NCBI GenBank assembly: GCA_902779575.1
Contig: CACZBW010000020.1
Location: forward strand, 24 to 64,023
Origin: an uncultured Lachnospiraceae bacterium
GTDB lineage: Bacteria > Bacillota > Clostridia > Lachnospirales > Lachnospiraceae
Direction of reading: 5' to 3'
DNA: 64,000 nucleotides
A model generated the notes under the pieces. That model was given only the letters and a program-made list of their open reading frames with translations. It did not search any database and was not told the origin of the DNA. Position 1 is the first letter of the stretch. Each line of letters opens with the position of its first letter. Made by a program: the position numbers and the translations under genes. This document shows positions 15,776-25,858 of the stretch, in pieces.

Positions 15776-18700
15776 ATGGCAAAAAAAAGAAAAGAAGAAA
15801 TGCGCGGGTTCGGGAAGAAGCCTCTGCAAAAGCTGATCGGGGGGATTATTCTTCTCCTTTTGCTGTCTGCTGTTTATTCAGGCTATCTTCTCATTTCCAA
15901 TCTTACCTCAAACGCGCTGACCAGCATAGAAACCCATACTTACCAGACGAAAGCACTGAGCAGGCTGGCGGACAGAACCTTTTCCCTGTTCCAGTCCGTC
16001 TATCAGGATATTGAGAGAAGACGCCTGGAGAAGACGGAGCTGGAAGCGGCTGCCTGCGCGGGACTGATTGATGGGGGAACGGACTTTGAGCCCTGTCTGT
16101 ATCAGGATGGCGCAGTGATCCGGATAGAGAACGGATCTGCCGATTATCCGGAAGATCTTCCGGAAGAAGTAAAGATTGACGTAGAACAGCTTCAGAGTTC
16201 TGAAGGAATGATGTTTTCTTTTACGGACAATGGTGATTATCTGGTCATTTATTATTCCCTGATAGAAGGTCCGCTTTATTATATTGAATGGGAACCGTAC
16301 AGCAGCCTGGCGGAGGAACAGCGGGAATTGTTCGATCCCGACAAGACCATGGGCGGAATTGAAAAAGCATTTAACGTAAAACTTCTGCTGTTTCCAGCTC
16401 AGGCCGGACCGGATGGGAAACATCTTCTGAGTTACGCATCTGACACGCTTGCGAAGGATACGTTTACTGCAGCTGAAGATTACGGCATTACACAGGAAAT
16501 GCTTGCAGAAGCAGACCGGAGTCAGGCAGCTTTCACGGAGGAGGAAACAGAAGAAGCCGGGACTGCTCTCACGGGTATGGAAGCCGGAACTTCCTTCCGG
16601 GAGGAGGAGACGGACGAATTTCCGTATACCCTGAAGGAAGAAGACGTAAACTATCAGTATCTGCCGATTGGCGACATGCTATATGAACTTTACCTTCAGA
16701 AATTCAACAGCATATCGATGGGAGAGGATTCGATCCTTGCATGCCTGATTCCGGTAGAAGGCACCCTGCGGATTCAAACGGAAGCTTCACGGCTTATTCT
16801 GGCAGGTTTCTTCCTCATCGGCGTGTTCTTTCTGGTATGGTACTGCGCCACTTTACGGCTGATCCGGGATCATTCCCTGAATGACAGGCAGAAGAAGGAA
16901 TTAAGGTTCAGCAGCATCCTCCGCAGGTCCGCTTCCATCATCGTGGTAGGATGTGTGATTCTCCTTTTTGCCTGCGCGCTGCTGTCCTCACTTGTCCGGC
17001 TGTTCTCAACCTGTCAGCAGGTTGACAACGCGTTTTCCTCCCTGCAGCACCGGATCGAAGAACACAGCTATGAGTCTTCCCTGACAGAATCTATCAGAAA
17101 GAAAACGTATGAAGGGTTCGCAGGACAGATCGCCCGGATTCTTGAGACGCAGCCGGATTACGCAAAAGCTGAGAATCTGCAGCTTATGTGCGATATCATC
17201 CATGCGGACTACATTATGCTGTTCGACAGTGATGGCGATGAAACACTGTCCAATTCCAGATATGTCGGTCTTTCCCTTGGGCAGGATCCATCCTCCTCCA
17301 CCTATGATTTCCGGCGTCTTCTGACCGGGACGCCCCTGATCACACATGATCTGGCGGTTGATGAGGCAACCGGTGAAGAACATGTGATAATCGGTGCCGG
17401 GTACGGGAAGCCGGAAAATGGAAAAAACTACAATGCGCTTCTGCTTGCTGTTCCGGGCGGGCAGATCTATGACAGCACTGCGGAGAACATCGATGATATC
17501 ATGTCCGCTCTTGCTGTGGGAGGGCTGACCGCATATTCTGTGGATCCGGAAACCCGCCTGATCCAGCATGCAAGCAGGCAGTCTCTCCGGGGGAAAAATG
17601 TGCTGGACCTGGGTCTTCCGGAGAAGGCGCTTCACGACGGCATGCAGGACTTCTATACGATAGGCGGGAAGCCCGTCTATGTTGAATGTAAGGAACTGGA
17701 CTCGGCCCTCTATTTCTACATGGCAGAGCAGTCCCGGATGTACGACGGGACCTGGCCGCTGTCCGTTCTCTCTGCGGCAGCTGCGGCAGTTCTTCTGGCG
17801 CTGCTTGCCCTGTTTCTACTCTATGGGTACAGGAAATTCTTTGCTGCCTGGTCGGAAGTCGGGCAGACACTGAAAGAAGAGGATGAGATCCAGCTGTCAG
17901 GCGGACGGTATAAAAGCTCGAAGGATCCGTCGCTCAGATGGAAACCGGCTGTAGAGGAGCATGGTCTGCACGCGCCGTTTCATCTGGCCCGTCTGGCTTC
18001 GACTGCACTCCTGATGGTCTGCATTGTTATTCTGTGGATCAGGGTATTTCTCCTCACAAACGGTTCGGAGGAGTCGCTGATTACCTTTATCATCCGGGGA
18101 AACTGGACAAAGGGACTGAATCTCTTTGCATTCACGAGTATCCTGATCCTGTTTTTTGAGGTGCTGTTCGCGGTTGAGCTGGCCAAGCTCCTCCTTCGCC
18201 TTGTCAGCACTGCGCTGGGAACCAGAGGAGAGACGGTCTGCCGGCTGCTGATCAATTTGACAAGTTACAGCGGAATCATTTTCTTCGCATATTTTACGCT
18301 CTATTATCTGGGATTCCAGCCGAATACCCTGCTGGCGTCCCTTGGCCTTATGTCCTTTGCCGTCTCCCTTGGCGCCAAAGACCTGATCACGGACATCATT
18401 GCAGGACTTTCGATCGTGTTTGAAGGAGAATACCAGGTCGGGGATATCATTGATGTGGGCGGCTACCGCGGAGAGGTTCTGGAGATCGGTGTCCGTACTA
18501 CGAAGCTGGAGGGGCGCGGCGGCAACATCAAGATTATCAGCAACCGGGATATCAAGAATGTCATCAATATGACGCGCATGAACTCCTGGTATCCGCTTGA
18601 GGTCAGCATCTCGGCCGATCAGCCCATCGATATGGTGGAAGCCTTGCTTCGCGAGCAGCTGCCGCTGATCGGCGATACAATTCCCGAAATTCTCAGCGGG

Positions 18701-18853
18701 CCTTATTATAAAGGGGTGATATCGATAGGAAAGGGGATTGTGACTTTATCGATTATTGCAGAATGTAATGAGGGGGATTACTTTGTCGTTCAGAGAGCTT
18801 TGAACCGTTCCATCCAGGAACTCTTTGCGGAGCATGATATCAATATCATGTAA
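15776..18853 (+). CDS. Large mechanosensitive-channel (MscS) family protein
   Basis: Start set at MAKKRKEE (GGGGAGG RBS). C-terminal MscS core LGAKDLITDIIAGLSIVFEGEYQVGDIIDVGGYRGEVLEIGVRTTKL. Long N-terminal extracytoplasmic region. Confidence 0.85.
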   Translation: MAKKRKEEMRGFGKKPLQKLIGGIILLLLLSAVYSGYLLISNLTSNALTSIETHTYQTKALSRLADRTFSLFQSVYQDIERRRLEKTELEAAACAGLIDGGTDFEPCLYQDGAVIRIENGSADYPEDLPEEVKIDVEQLQSSEGMMFSFTDNGDYLVIYYSLIEGPLYYIEWEPYSSLAEEQRELFDPDKTMGGIEKAFNVKLLLFPAQAGPDGKHLLSYASDTLAKDTFTAAEDYGITQEMLAEADRSQAAFTEEETEEAGTALTGMEAGTSFREEETDEFPYTLKEEDVNYQYLPIGDMLYELYLQKFNSISMGEDSILACLIPVEGTLRIQTEASRLILAGFFLIGVFFLVWYCATLRLIRDHSLNDRQKKELRFSSILRRSASIIVVGCVILLFACALLSSLVRLFSTCQQVDNAFSSLQHRIEEHSYESSLTESIRKKTYEGFAGQIARILETQPDYAKAENLQLMCDIIHADYIMLFDSDGDETLSNSRYVGLSLGQDPSSSTYDFRRLLTGTPLITHDLAVDEATGEEHVIIGAGYGKPENGKNYNALLLAVPGGQIYDSTAENIDDIMSALAVGGLTAYSVDPETRLIQHASRQSLRGKNVLDLGLPEKALHDGMQDFYTIGGKPVYVECKELDSALYFYMAEQSRMYDGTWPLSVLSAAAAAVLLALLALFLLYGYRKFFAAWSEVGQTLKEEDEIQLSGGRYKSSKDPSLRWKPAVEEHGLHAPFHLARLASTALLMVCIVILWIRVFLLTNGSEESLITFIIRGNWTKGLNLFAFTSILILFFEVLFAVELAKLLLRLVSTALGTRGETVCRLLINLTSYSGIIFFAYFTLYYLGFQPNTLLASLGLMSFAVSLGAKDLITDIIAGLSIVFEGEYQVGDIIDVGGYRGEVLEIGVRTTKLEGRGGNIKIISNRDIKNVINMTRMNSWYPLEVSISADQPIDMVEALLREQLPLIGDTIPEILSGPYYKGVISIGKGIVTLSIIAECNEGDYFVVQRALNRSIQELFAEHDINIM

Positions 18854-18890
18854 TGCCGTTTTCCTTCTCCTGAAGCAGGGAGCAGATTCT

Positions 18891-19613
18891 TCACCCGCCC
18901 AGCAGCCGGTGCAGGATCTGCTCCCTGTTATTGATAAACATGGACATCACCTGATAACTGTCTGTATCCTCATAAGAACATGGATGAACCGGTCCGTCGT
19001 CGAAACTTAAGATTTCCGCCCCGGGCAGTGCGAGCAGGATCGGGGAATGCGTGACAATAATAAACTGCGATCCTTCTTTCACACACCGGTCAATCTCCAG
19101 CAGAAGGGTCAGCTGCCGCTGAGGGGAAAGTGCCGCCTCCGGTTCATCCAGCAGATACAGGCCGCCCGCCCGGAAGCTGTTCTGTACCAGTGCCAGGAAA
19201 CTTTCCCCGTGGGATTTTTCATGGAAATGCTGCGGCCGGCCTCCCGGCCCCCTGCTGTATTCCTCTTCCTTTGTCGCCACGTTATAAAAGCTTTCCGCCC
19301 GCAGGAAATACCCATAGCGGGCACAGCGGACCCCTCTGGACAAGCGGACGGCGCTGCACAGTTCGGAATGCGAGTCATAGGTGGAGAAGCTATAGTTTCT
19401 GGTCCCGCCCTCTGGATTAAAGCCGTATGCTATGGCGATCGCCTCCAGCAGAGTGGATTTCCCGCTCCCGTTTTCACCGACAAAAAAAGTGACCGGACGC
19501 GTAAAAGTGATCTGATCTGTTTCACTGATGGCAGGGATATCCCGCAGATAGCTGCCCCGGCCGATTTTCTCCCAATCTATGATCACACTTCCTATCAGCT
19601 GCGGGTTCAGCAT
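18891..19613 (-). CDS. Small ABC/AAA-type ATPase (COG3910-like predicted ATPase)
   Basis: 240 aa. Walker A GENGSGKST, Walker B LYLLDEPEAALSP, H-loop VTHSP. GGAAGGAG RBS. Confidence 0.85.
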   Translation of the reverse strand: MLNPQLIGSVIIDWEKIGRGSYLRDIPAISETDQITFTRPVTFFVGENGSGKSTLLEAIAIAYGFNPEGGTRNYSFSTYDSHSELCSAVRLSRGVRCARYGYFLRAESFYNVATKEEEYSRGPGGRPQHFHEKSHGESFLALVQNSFRAGGLYLLDEPEAALSPQRQLTLLLEIDRCVKEGSQFIIVTHSPILLALPGAEILSFDDGPVHPCSYEDTDSYQVMSMFINNREQILHRLLGG

Positions 19614-19724
19614 AATTCGTCAGCTCCTTCCGAAATCTTTTCTCCGCGTCCTTCTTTAAGTTTTTTCCGCAATCCTTAACCTGCGTCTTTTTAAGTTCCT
19701 TCCGCAGATTGATCAGCTCCCACA

Positions 19725-19973
19725 TTAAAAAAGTTCTTTCAATATCAGTACTGTGATTCCCGGATTATCTCCGGGAATGATCCTCTTCACTCTTTTATCG
19801 TACCGGTATTCTTCATATATCATATTCCGCAGGCTGGTTCCGCGGTGATACCCGTGAACCAGCTGAATCTGGTACACTGCGGAATCTGCCGAACCGATCG
19901 CCTTATCAATTACTTTTATGGCTTCTTCCTGCCGCAGCCCGTGAAGATCTACTTTAACAAATGGTACACCCAT
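19725..19973 (-). CDS. Stand-alone Smr (small MutS-related) domain protein
   Basis: 82 aa. VDLHGLRQEEA...LVHGYHRG pattern is typical of Smr domains. Confidence 0.8.
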   Translation of the reverse strand: MGVPFVKVDLHGLRQEEAIKVIDKAIGSADSAVYQIQLVHGYHRGTSLRNMIYEEYRYDKRVKRIIPGDNPGITVLILKELF

Positions 19974-20224
19974 GGGTCCCTCACTTCCTGTGCAATCCTT
20001 CCTGACTGATTCTAATCATATTCGCATAACGGTCTCTTTTCAACCGCACCTGTCCGGAACATATCTGAAACTTTGCCGGAACTTTTTTCAAAATCCGCGT
20101 GGATATATATTTTCCCTGCGTATAGTTAACTGTAAACGCAATGACACAAAAAAACACAACAAAACAAAAATAAATCATTATTTGGATATTTAAATAAAAA
20201 TGTTTGCACAGGAGGGTGCAGAAA

Positions 20225-20824
20225 ATGAAAAAGTTAATGCTTGCAGCAATGATGATGGGAATGGTCGCAGTTACACCGGTTATGGCACATGCCTCCGAGA
20301 CAGAGGATACAGCTGTGGAAGCAGCAATGACGGAAGCAGATGAGAATATCACACAGGTCCTCAACTGGGGCGAGAACATGGAAGAAGAAATGGCCTATAA
20401 GGGCTACAGCGGAATGTTCTACACAATTGACGAGCTGAACATGCGCCTGATGGTTCCGGACGGTCTGGAACAGAGACCGCGGACAGAGGAAGAGGCAGCA
20501 AATAATATCGCGGTCGTTTTTGCAGATGAGAACGATGAGAACACCGTAAAGATCCGTTACGACGAAATCGAGGGATGCTCTTCACTGAACGATGTGGCGA
20601 TGATGCTCTACACCAGCACCGAACCGAAGTTCCAGATCGGCCTTGACAAGATCAACGGACTGTACGCTGTAGTGGCTGCTTCCGAAGACGCGGATACGGT
20701 ACTTGCCATTTTCGGAGCCGGCGAGGACACATTTGTACAGGTGATCTGCAGCCCGATCTCCAATGCGGAAATGTTTGAGCAGTACCAGTATGTGATTGCC
20801 TCCATCCAGGCACTTGAAGAGTAA
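20225..20824 (+). CDS. Exported hypothetical protein
   Basis: Start at MKKLMLAAMMMGMVAVTPVMAHA (signal peptide, AGGAGG RBS). No family recognised. Confidence 0.65.
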   Translation: MKKLMLAAMMMGMVAVTPVMAHASETEDTAVEAAMTEADENITQVLNWGENMEEEMAYKGYSGMFYTIDELNMRLMVPDGLEQRPRTEEEAANNIAVVFADENDENTVKIRYDEIEGCSSLNDVAMMLYTSTEPKFQIGLDKINGLYAVVAASEDADTVLAIFGAGEDTFVQVICSPISNAEMFEQYQYVIASIQALEE

Positions 20825-20981
20825 GCGGCTGCACAGCCCGGCAGACAGAGTAAATTCAATTCGTACAGCAAAACAGAAAACAAGACTGACAAAACAGAAT
20901 AAAAGAAAATAGAAACCAAAACAGAATAACAGCAGAATAACAGATAAAACAATACTAATACTACGACTTAAAAAGGAGATT

Positions 20982-21659
20982 ATGAAAATGATGAAGAAAT
21001 TTGCTTTAGTAGCAATGCTCAGCGCAGCTATGACGATGGCGGCTTTCACCCCTGCATTTGCAGAAGCGAGTACGGAAAGCAGCACAGAAAGCCTTGAGAA
21101 TCTGGTTACCTTCGACGATGCAGTTGAAACCGCTCTGAAAGACGCAGGGCTGGACCTGGATTCTGTAACCTTCAATAAGAAGATGCATACCTACGAGGAT
21201 GGAATGCCGGTTTATGAGATCGAGTTCCTTGTTCCGGGTGAGAAAAAATTTGAATACGTGATCGATTACAAGACCGGTGAGATCAAAGAAAAGGACAGCG
21301 AAGCCTGGGAAGCGGAAGACGACAGGGAGTACGCGGCTCTGATCTCTGAGACGAAGGATTATTTCAATTTCTACGCAGCTGAGAACCAGATCGTAACGAT
21401 GCCGGCCCTCAGCACTCTGATCGACGAGTGCGCAAAGGACCGCGAGACGGAACTGGTATACTACAAAGACGGTATGAAATTTGACGACGGCATGATCGTA
21501 TATGAACTTGGCGCCATGCTTCCGAAAGAAATGAAGTTCGAGTATACCTTCGATATGAAGACCGGCGATGTCGTCGAGTCTGAAAAAGAAGAGTGGGAAG
21601 CAGAGGATAACGCGGAATACAGGGATATCCTTGAGAGCCATGGTTTCAGCGTAAAGTAA
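20982..21659 (+). CDS. Exported protein with two PepSY-like repeats
   Basis: Signal peptide. Duplicated module ...DGMPVYEIEFLVPGEKKFEYVIDYKTGEIKEKDSEAWEAED / DGMIVYELGAMLPKEMKFEYTFDMKTGDVVESEKEEWEAED. The start may instead be ATG 20988. Confidence 0.75.
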   Translation: MKMMKKFALVAMLSAAMTMAAFTPAFAEASTESSTESLENLVTFDDAVETALKDAGLDLDSVTFNKKMHTYEDGMPVYEIEFLVPGEKKFEYVIDYKTGEIKEKDSEAWEAEDDREYAALISETKDYFNFYAAENQIVTMPALSTLIDECAKDRETELVYYKDGMKFDDGMIVYELGAMLPKEMKFEYTFDMKTGDVVESEKEEWEAEDNAEYRDILESHGFSVK

Positions 21660-21704
21660 GCTGCAGAACCATTCGAAATCTTATCACATTGATTAAAAAT
21701 GAGC

Positions 21705-21738
21705 CTGCCGCACTAAGAAATTAGTGCGGCAGTTTTTT
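21705..21738. terminator. Bidirectional rho-independent terminator
   Basis: CTGCCGCACTAA GAAA TTAGTGCGGCAG flanked by AAAAA on the left and TTTTTT on the right, between convergent genes. Confidence 0.8.
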
Positions 21739-21740
21739 GT

Positions 21741-22562
21741 TTACATATACTTCTCTGCTGCCCGGATCAGTTTTCGCTTTGCTTCTTTTGCATTTTTTGT
21801 CCAGAACAGGGCGTCAAAACCATGGATATTCCCGCGGAATACGTCCACATGCGCCTTACACCCGGCTTTTTTCAGGTTCTGTATGTAGGTAAGCGTCTCA
21901 TTATAGAATGGTTCCCCATCCTCCACATAAGTATAGCAGGGGGGAAGATCTCTGTAATCTGTAGCCCGTGAGGGGCTTGCATAGGGCGGTACCTGATCCG
22001 TCCCGTACAGCCCCCGCAGATACCAGCGCCAGCCCCAGTGGTTCTTTCTCGTATCCCATCCATAGGCATGATTGTCACGGGAGGAATCGGTGTCTTCACA
22101 GTCCAGCATCGGATAAAGCGGGATCTGAAAGCTTACAGGCACTTCCCCTTTATCCCTTGCATACATACAGAGCGCCGCCGCCAGACCTCCGCCGGCACTT
22201 TCCCCTCCGACTATGATGCGCTTTCTGTCGATTCCAAGCTCATCCGCATGGTCATACATATATTTCAGTGCCGTATAGCAGTCTTTTAATGCTGCCGGGT
22301 ACGGGGCTTTCTTTGCCAGGCGGTATTCCGGTGAAACCACCACGCCGCCGTATTTCCGGGCAAGCATTCTCCCCATGGAATAGTAAACCATCTCCGCCAT
22401 GCCGAGTACATATCCGCCGCCGTGGATCCAGAGGATTCCGGGACCTTTTCCATAACGAAGGATGATCAGATCCATTTCCCCGCCGGCTCCTCTGATCTTT
22501 CTTTTCACCTGAGATTCCTCCATTCTTACTGATATAATCCGGGCTAATATGCTGCGTATCAT
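21741..22562 (-). CDS. Alpha/beta hydrolase, HSL-type esterase/lipase
   Basis: HGGGY oxyanion motif and GGESAGG nucleophile elbow. GGAGAA RBS before ATG 22562. Confidence 0.85.
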   Translation of the reverse strand: MIRSILARIISVRMEESQVKRKIRGAGGEMDLIILRYGKGPGILWIHGGGYVLGMAEMVYYSMGRMLARKYGGVVVSPEYRLAKKAPYPAALKDCYTALKYMYDHADELGIDRKRIIVGGESAGGGLAAALCMYARDKGEVPVSFQIPLYPMLDCEDTDSSRDNHAYGWDTRKNHWGWRWYLRGLYGTDQVPPYASPSRATDYRDLPPCYTYVEDGEPFYNETLTYIQNLKKAGCKAHVDVFRGNIHGFDALFWTKNAKEAKRKLIRAAEKYM

Positions 22563-22583
22563 TTACGTTTCTCCATTGTCCCT

Positions 22584-22907
22584 TTATCTTTTATACTTTT
22601 TCCAGATTCTGTTATAGTTAACAGCGAGGAGCGGAATCCCCCCAAGGCAGCCCGCGGCGAGGACGATTCCCGCTCCTGATATATTCCGGAATCCCAGAAA
22701 CATAGTGACCCAGAAAACAAGGGAATAGCAGATCCACATGATCCCATTTTCCCGGTTATATGCTTTCACATCTGTAATCTGGTCCGGCCGGACTGTAGAT
22801 CCGGACCAGAACCACATGGGCTTTTCAAGCCTCCATGCATAGATACCAAGGCCGGTAAACAGGAGACCGCAGGGGATTGTAATCACCAGCCAGATAATAA
22901 GTTCCAT
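22584..22907 (-). CDS. Small integral membrane protein
   Basis: 107 aa with three or four hydrophobic helices. Immediately upstream of the esterase gene. Confidence 0.6.
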   Translation of the reverse strand: MELIIWLVITIPCGLLFTGLGIYAWRLEKPMWFWSGSTVRPDQITDVKAYNRENGIMWICYSLVFWVTMFLGFRNISGAGIVLAAGCLGGIPLLAVNYNRIWKKYKR

Positions 22908-23035
22908 AATAATACCTCCGCTGCCCGAATCCCAAGCTGCATTTCCGGCCTCTGTCAGTATTTCTGAATATCCTCTATCGGCTGTTTATCAAGTCGACTC
23001 AGGACGGAATCGCTTTTATAAACAACCGATAAAAA

Positions 23036-23503
23036 TCAGATAAACATTTCCATATAACGCCGGAAGGTTGTAAAACCTGCTGCCTCATAGAAAGCCAGGG
23101 CGTCCTGATTAAACTCCCACATATTCAGCTCAATCCGGTGAAAACCCTTTTCTTTCGCAAAGTCACGGATAAAACGGACCAAAACGCTTCCGGCACCCTG
23201 CCGGCGATATTTTTCATCCACGCAGAACTCGTCGATATCCAGAAAGTCCCGTTCGTACATGAATGGATTCTCCGGACGGCTGATATGGTGGATCACTGCA
23301 AAAGCGCAGATCGTTCCATCCGTCTCCGCCACAACGATTTCCTATTCCGGATCCTTCCGAATCACCTGAATGTAATCCTGCAATTCCCTGGAAAAACCTG
23401 CTTTGAACACCTCTGGTTTTCCCATTACATGCAGGTCATTCACCTGCTTTCTGAGCTCATTGACTCTGCTCAGATCCTTCTCTTCTGCCAATCTCACGTT
23501 CAT
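23036..23503 (-). pseudogene. GNAT acetyltransferase interrupted by an in-frame TAG
   Basis: ATG 23503 (AAGGTGA RBS) reads MNVRLAEEKDL...IRKDPE, then TAG at 23344-23342. It continues in frame as EIVVAETDGTICAFAV...RRQGAGSVLV (GNAT core). Confidence 0.7.
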
Positions 23504-23737
23504 AGTATCACCTTATTTCCAGCATTTTCCTGCTTCCCTAAAGTTCCCGATGAGCAGGGCTGCTGCCTGATGATCCGGCTGTTTTTCCAGGATTCTCCGG
23601 GCTTTTGGGCTGCCGGACTGCTGTACGGCAGAGTTATTATGTACAGCAGAGCTTTCCGGATCGCGGCCAGAATATACAGAGATACAGTATAAGCCGTACC
23701 AGATCTGATACGGCTTACGCGGGTTATCCTTACATTG

Positions 23738-24442
23738 TCATTCCTTTGCTTTCAGCTTCTCCGCAAGCTCTTCCAGCACCGGAAGCAGGTTGTCCAGTAC
23801 AATCCGGTAGCCTTCCACATGCATATGGACGCCGTCGATCGTAAGTTCCTTTCTTAAACTGCCTGCCTCATCCCTCAAACCGGCATTCAGGTCCAGATAC
23901 TCTGCATGATACCGGTCAGCCAGTTTCTGAATCTCATGATTTGCTTCCTGAACCCTCTCATTGGTGCGATAGCGGAATGCTTCCACCGCTTCCGGCGGAG
24001 CCGCGGCCTGATTAACCGGATAAAAGGCGAGCAGGTACAGTTTTACCCCGGGAAGCTTCTGCAGAATGCTCCTGACGATCCGCTCATATCGCTCCAGAAA
24101 TTCCGGCAGCACATAATCTGCCCCGTTCATGTCATTGGTCCCGATATTCAGAAATACTGCCGCCGGCTCCAGATCAAGGATGCAGGGCTCCATCGTCTCA
24201 AGAAGTTCATTTGTTGTATAACCGCCGATCCCCCGATTATAAATGGTATAGGGAAGCTGCCGATCAAGCAGCATCTCATAGATCGGGAAGTGTTCCATGA
24301 GGCTGGAACCGGCGAATACAATCTGTCCCTTTCGCACGATCCTGTTCAGCTCCTGAAATCTGCTGACCTTCTGGGTCTTTTCACGCCCAAACCACTCCTC
24401 GACTACCTCTCTGGTAAGATTCTGTTTTTCCTGTTCTGTCAT
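23738..24442 (-). CDS. SGNH/GDSL-family hydrolase
   Basis: Blocks FAGSSL, RGIGGY, IGTNDM and DGVHM. Confidence 0.85.
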   Translation of the reverse strand: MTEQEKQNLTREVVEEWFGREKTQKVSRFQELNRIVRKGQIVFAGSSLMEHFPIYEMLLDRQLPYTIYNRGIGGYTTNELLETMEPCILDLEPAAVFLNIGTNDMNGADYVLPEFLERYERIVRSILQKLPGVKLYLLAFYPVNQAAAPPEAVEAFRYRTNERVQEANHEIQKLADRYHAEYLDLNAGLRDEAGSLRKELTIDGVHMHVEGYRIVLDNLLPVLEELAEKLKAKE

Positions 24443-24475
24443 TGCTCCGCCTCTCTTTTTTTCTGCTGATATGCT

Positions 24476-24535
24476 CAGGAAAACGCTGATTTATTCTGAC
24501 TGACAACTTTTGATACCTTGGAAACAACGTTTCCC
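24476..24535. repeat. ~59-nt imperfect palindromic intergenic element, copy 2 (inverted relative to copy 1)
   Basis: CAGGAAAACGCTGATTTATTCTGAC...TTGATACCTTGGAAACAACGTTTCCC aligns with the reverse complement of 14886..14944. Confidence 0.6.
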
Positions 24536-24676
24536 TGTATATTCTTTGAGCGCGAAATACGCTCAAAGCCGCGTGCTGCGCAGCACTGCGTCTACGCTGC
24601 CGTATTCAGCGGTCTTTCCGGAAACCGGTTCCATATCAGGGAGCCCGTGGGTATCAAGTATCTTCATCTGCAGGAC

Positions 24677-25858
24677 TCAGCCCTGTACCCATTTGATAAA
24701 CGCCTCTGTCTCTTCAAAGGTTTTTAATTTAGCCGTGTACATATAGCGGCCCATCTGCGGCCAGTTCATCTCCGGCATTTCCTCCTGCATGACCATGTTT
24801 TCACCATAGCGCGCCATGATCTCCTCATGCGTATGCTGATAAATGTGGCCATCCTTGCGGCTGGCGTAAACGCAATAGTAATGCTCCGGCCCTTCCGGTT
24901 TAATGCGGGCATCAGACGCAACCATGTCGGCGTAAATCTGGTACACATCCGTTGAGTGGGCAAAATTCATCATATCCGGCGTATAGCCTCCAGCCGGACG
25001 CATGTTGACCTCCAGCGCGCAGAAGTCTCCCACATCGCCGAGACCTTTGCGGGCCCGGGTCAGCCGGAAGAATTCCAGATGCACGAAGCGCCGGTCTACT
25101 CCGAACGCTTTTACCGTTTCCCTGCCCAGCCTGCGGAGCTTTTCCGGCACATCGGGGCAGGTATAATACATCAGGTCAAGATCCCTGTTTACAATATCCA
25201 TTACCGGCGGCCAGACGGTCATGCTCTCAAACAGCGGTTCGCAGCGGGTATCCGTGATGGCGTCATAGGAACAGATTACGCCCTCTATGAACTCCTCCAT
25301 TACATAGGGATGCTCCGGCAGATGCTCATAGAACGCCTCAAAATCCGCGTCATTTTCCAGCTTCCAGGTATTGGTCGCGCCGACGCCGATGTCCGGCTTG
25401 ACAATCACGGGATATCCGACCTCTTCGATAAAAGCCCGGCCCGCTTCGACAGTAGAAACAATATGCTGCCGGGCAGTGGGAATCTTCGCCTTAAGGTAAA
25501 TGCCCTTCATCAGCGACTTTTCCTTGATGAAGCCGATCCGGTCGGACTGTATGCCGGTCGTGACATTGAAGTCGGTCCGCAGCCGGGCGTCCTGCTCCAG
25601 CCAGTATTCATTCATGGATTCGATCCAGTCGATCCTGCCGTACCGGAAGGCGAAATACGCCGTGGCGCGGTAAACCTGGTCGTAATTCTCCAGAGAATCC
25701 ACCTTATAATATTCCGTCAGCGCGGCTTTCAGCGGAGCTTCCAGGCTGTCATAGGGAGAATCTCCGATACCCAGAACGTTGATGCCGTTCCGGTGCAGCC
25801 GGTCGCAGAACTGCCAGTAGGTATGCGGAAAGTTTGGAGAGATGAACACGAAATTCAT
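24677..25858 (-). CDS. ATP-grasp domain protein (carboxylate-amine ligase-like)
   Basis: 393 aa. YPVIVKPDIGVGA...VMEEFIEG...LEFFRL pattern of ATP-grasp enzymes. Confidence 0.8.
   Translation of the reverse strand: MNFVFISPNFPHTYWQFCDRLHRNGINVLGIGDSPYDSLEAPLKAALTEYYKVDSLENYDQVYRATAYFAFRYGRIDWIESMNEYWLEQDARLRTDFNVTTGIQSDRIGFIKEKSLMKGIYLKAKIPTARQHIVSTVEAGRAFIEEVGYPVIVKPDIGVGATNTWKLENDADFEAFYEHLPEHPYVMEEFIEGVICSYDAITDTRCEPLFESMTVWPPVMDIVNRDLDLMYYTCPDVPEKLRRLGRETVKAFGVDRRFVHLEFFRLTRARKGLGDVGDFCALEVNMRPAGGYTPDMMNFAHSTDVYQIYADMVASDARIKPEGPEHYYCVYASRKDGHIYQHTHEEIMARYGENMVMQEEMPEMNWPQMGRYMYTAKLKTFEETEAFIKWVQG

Noticed and set aside
19522-19725. 67-aa ORF whose ATG overlaps the Smr stop (TAATG) and which runs into the ATPase gene
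   Set aside because: It overlaps the ATPase coding region by about 90 nt out of frame. The ATPase has its own strong RBS at 19613. The Lys-rich sequence is not recognisable. Probably spurious, although translational coupling cannot be excluded.
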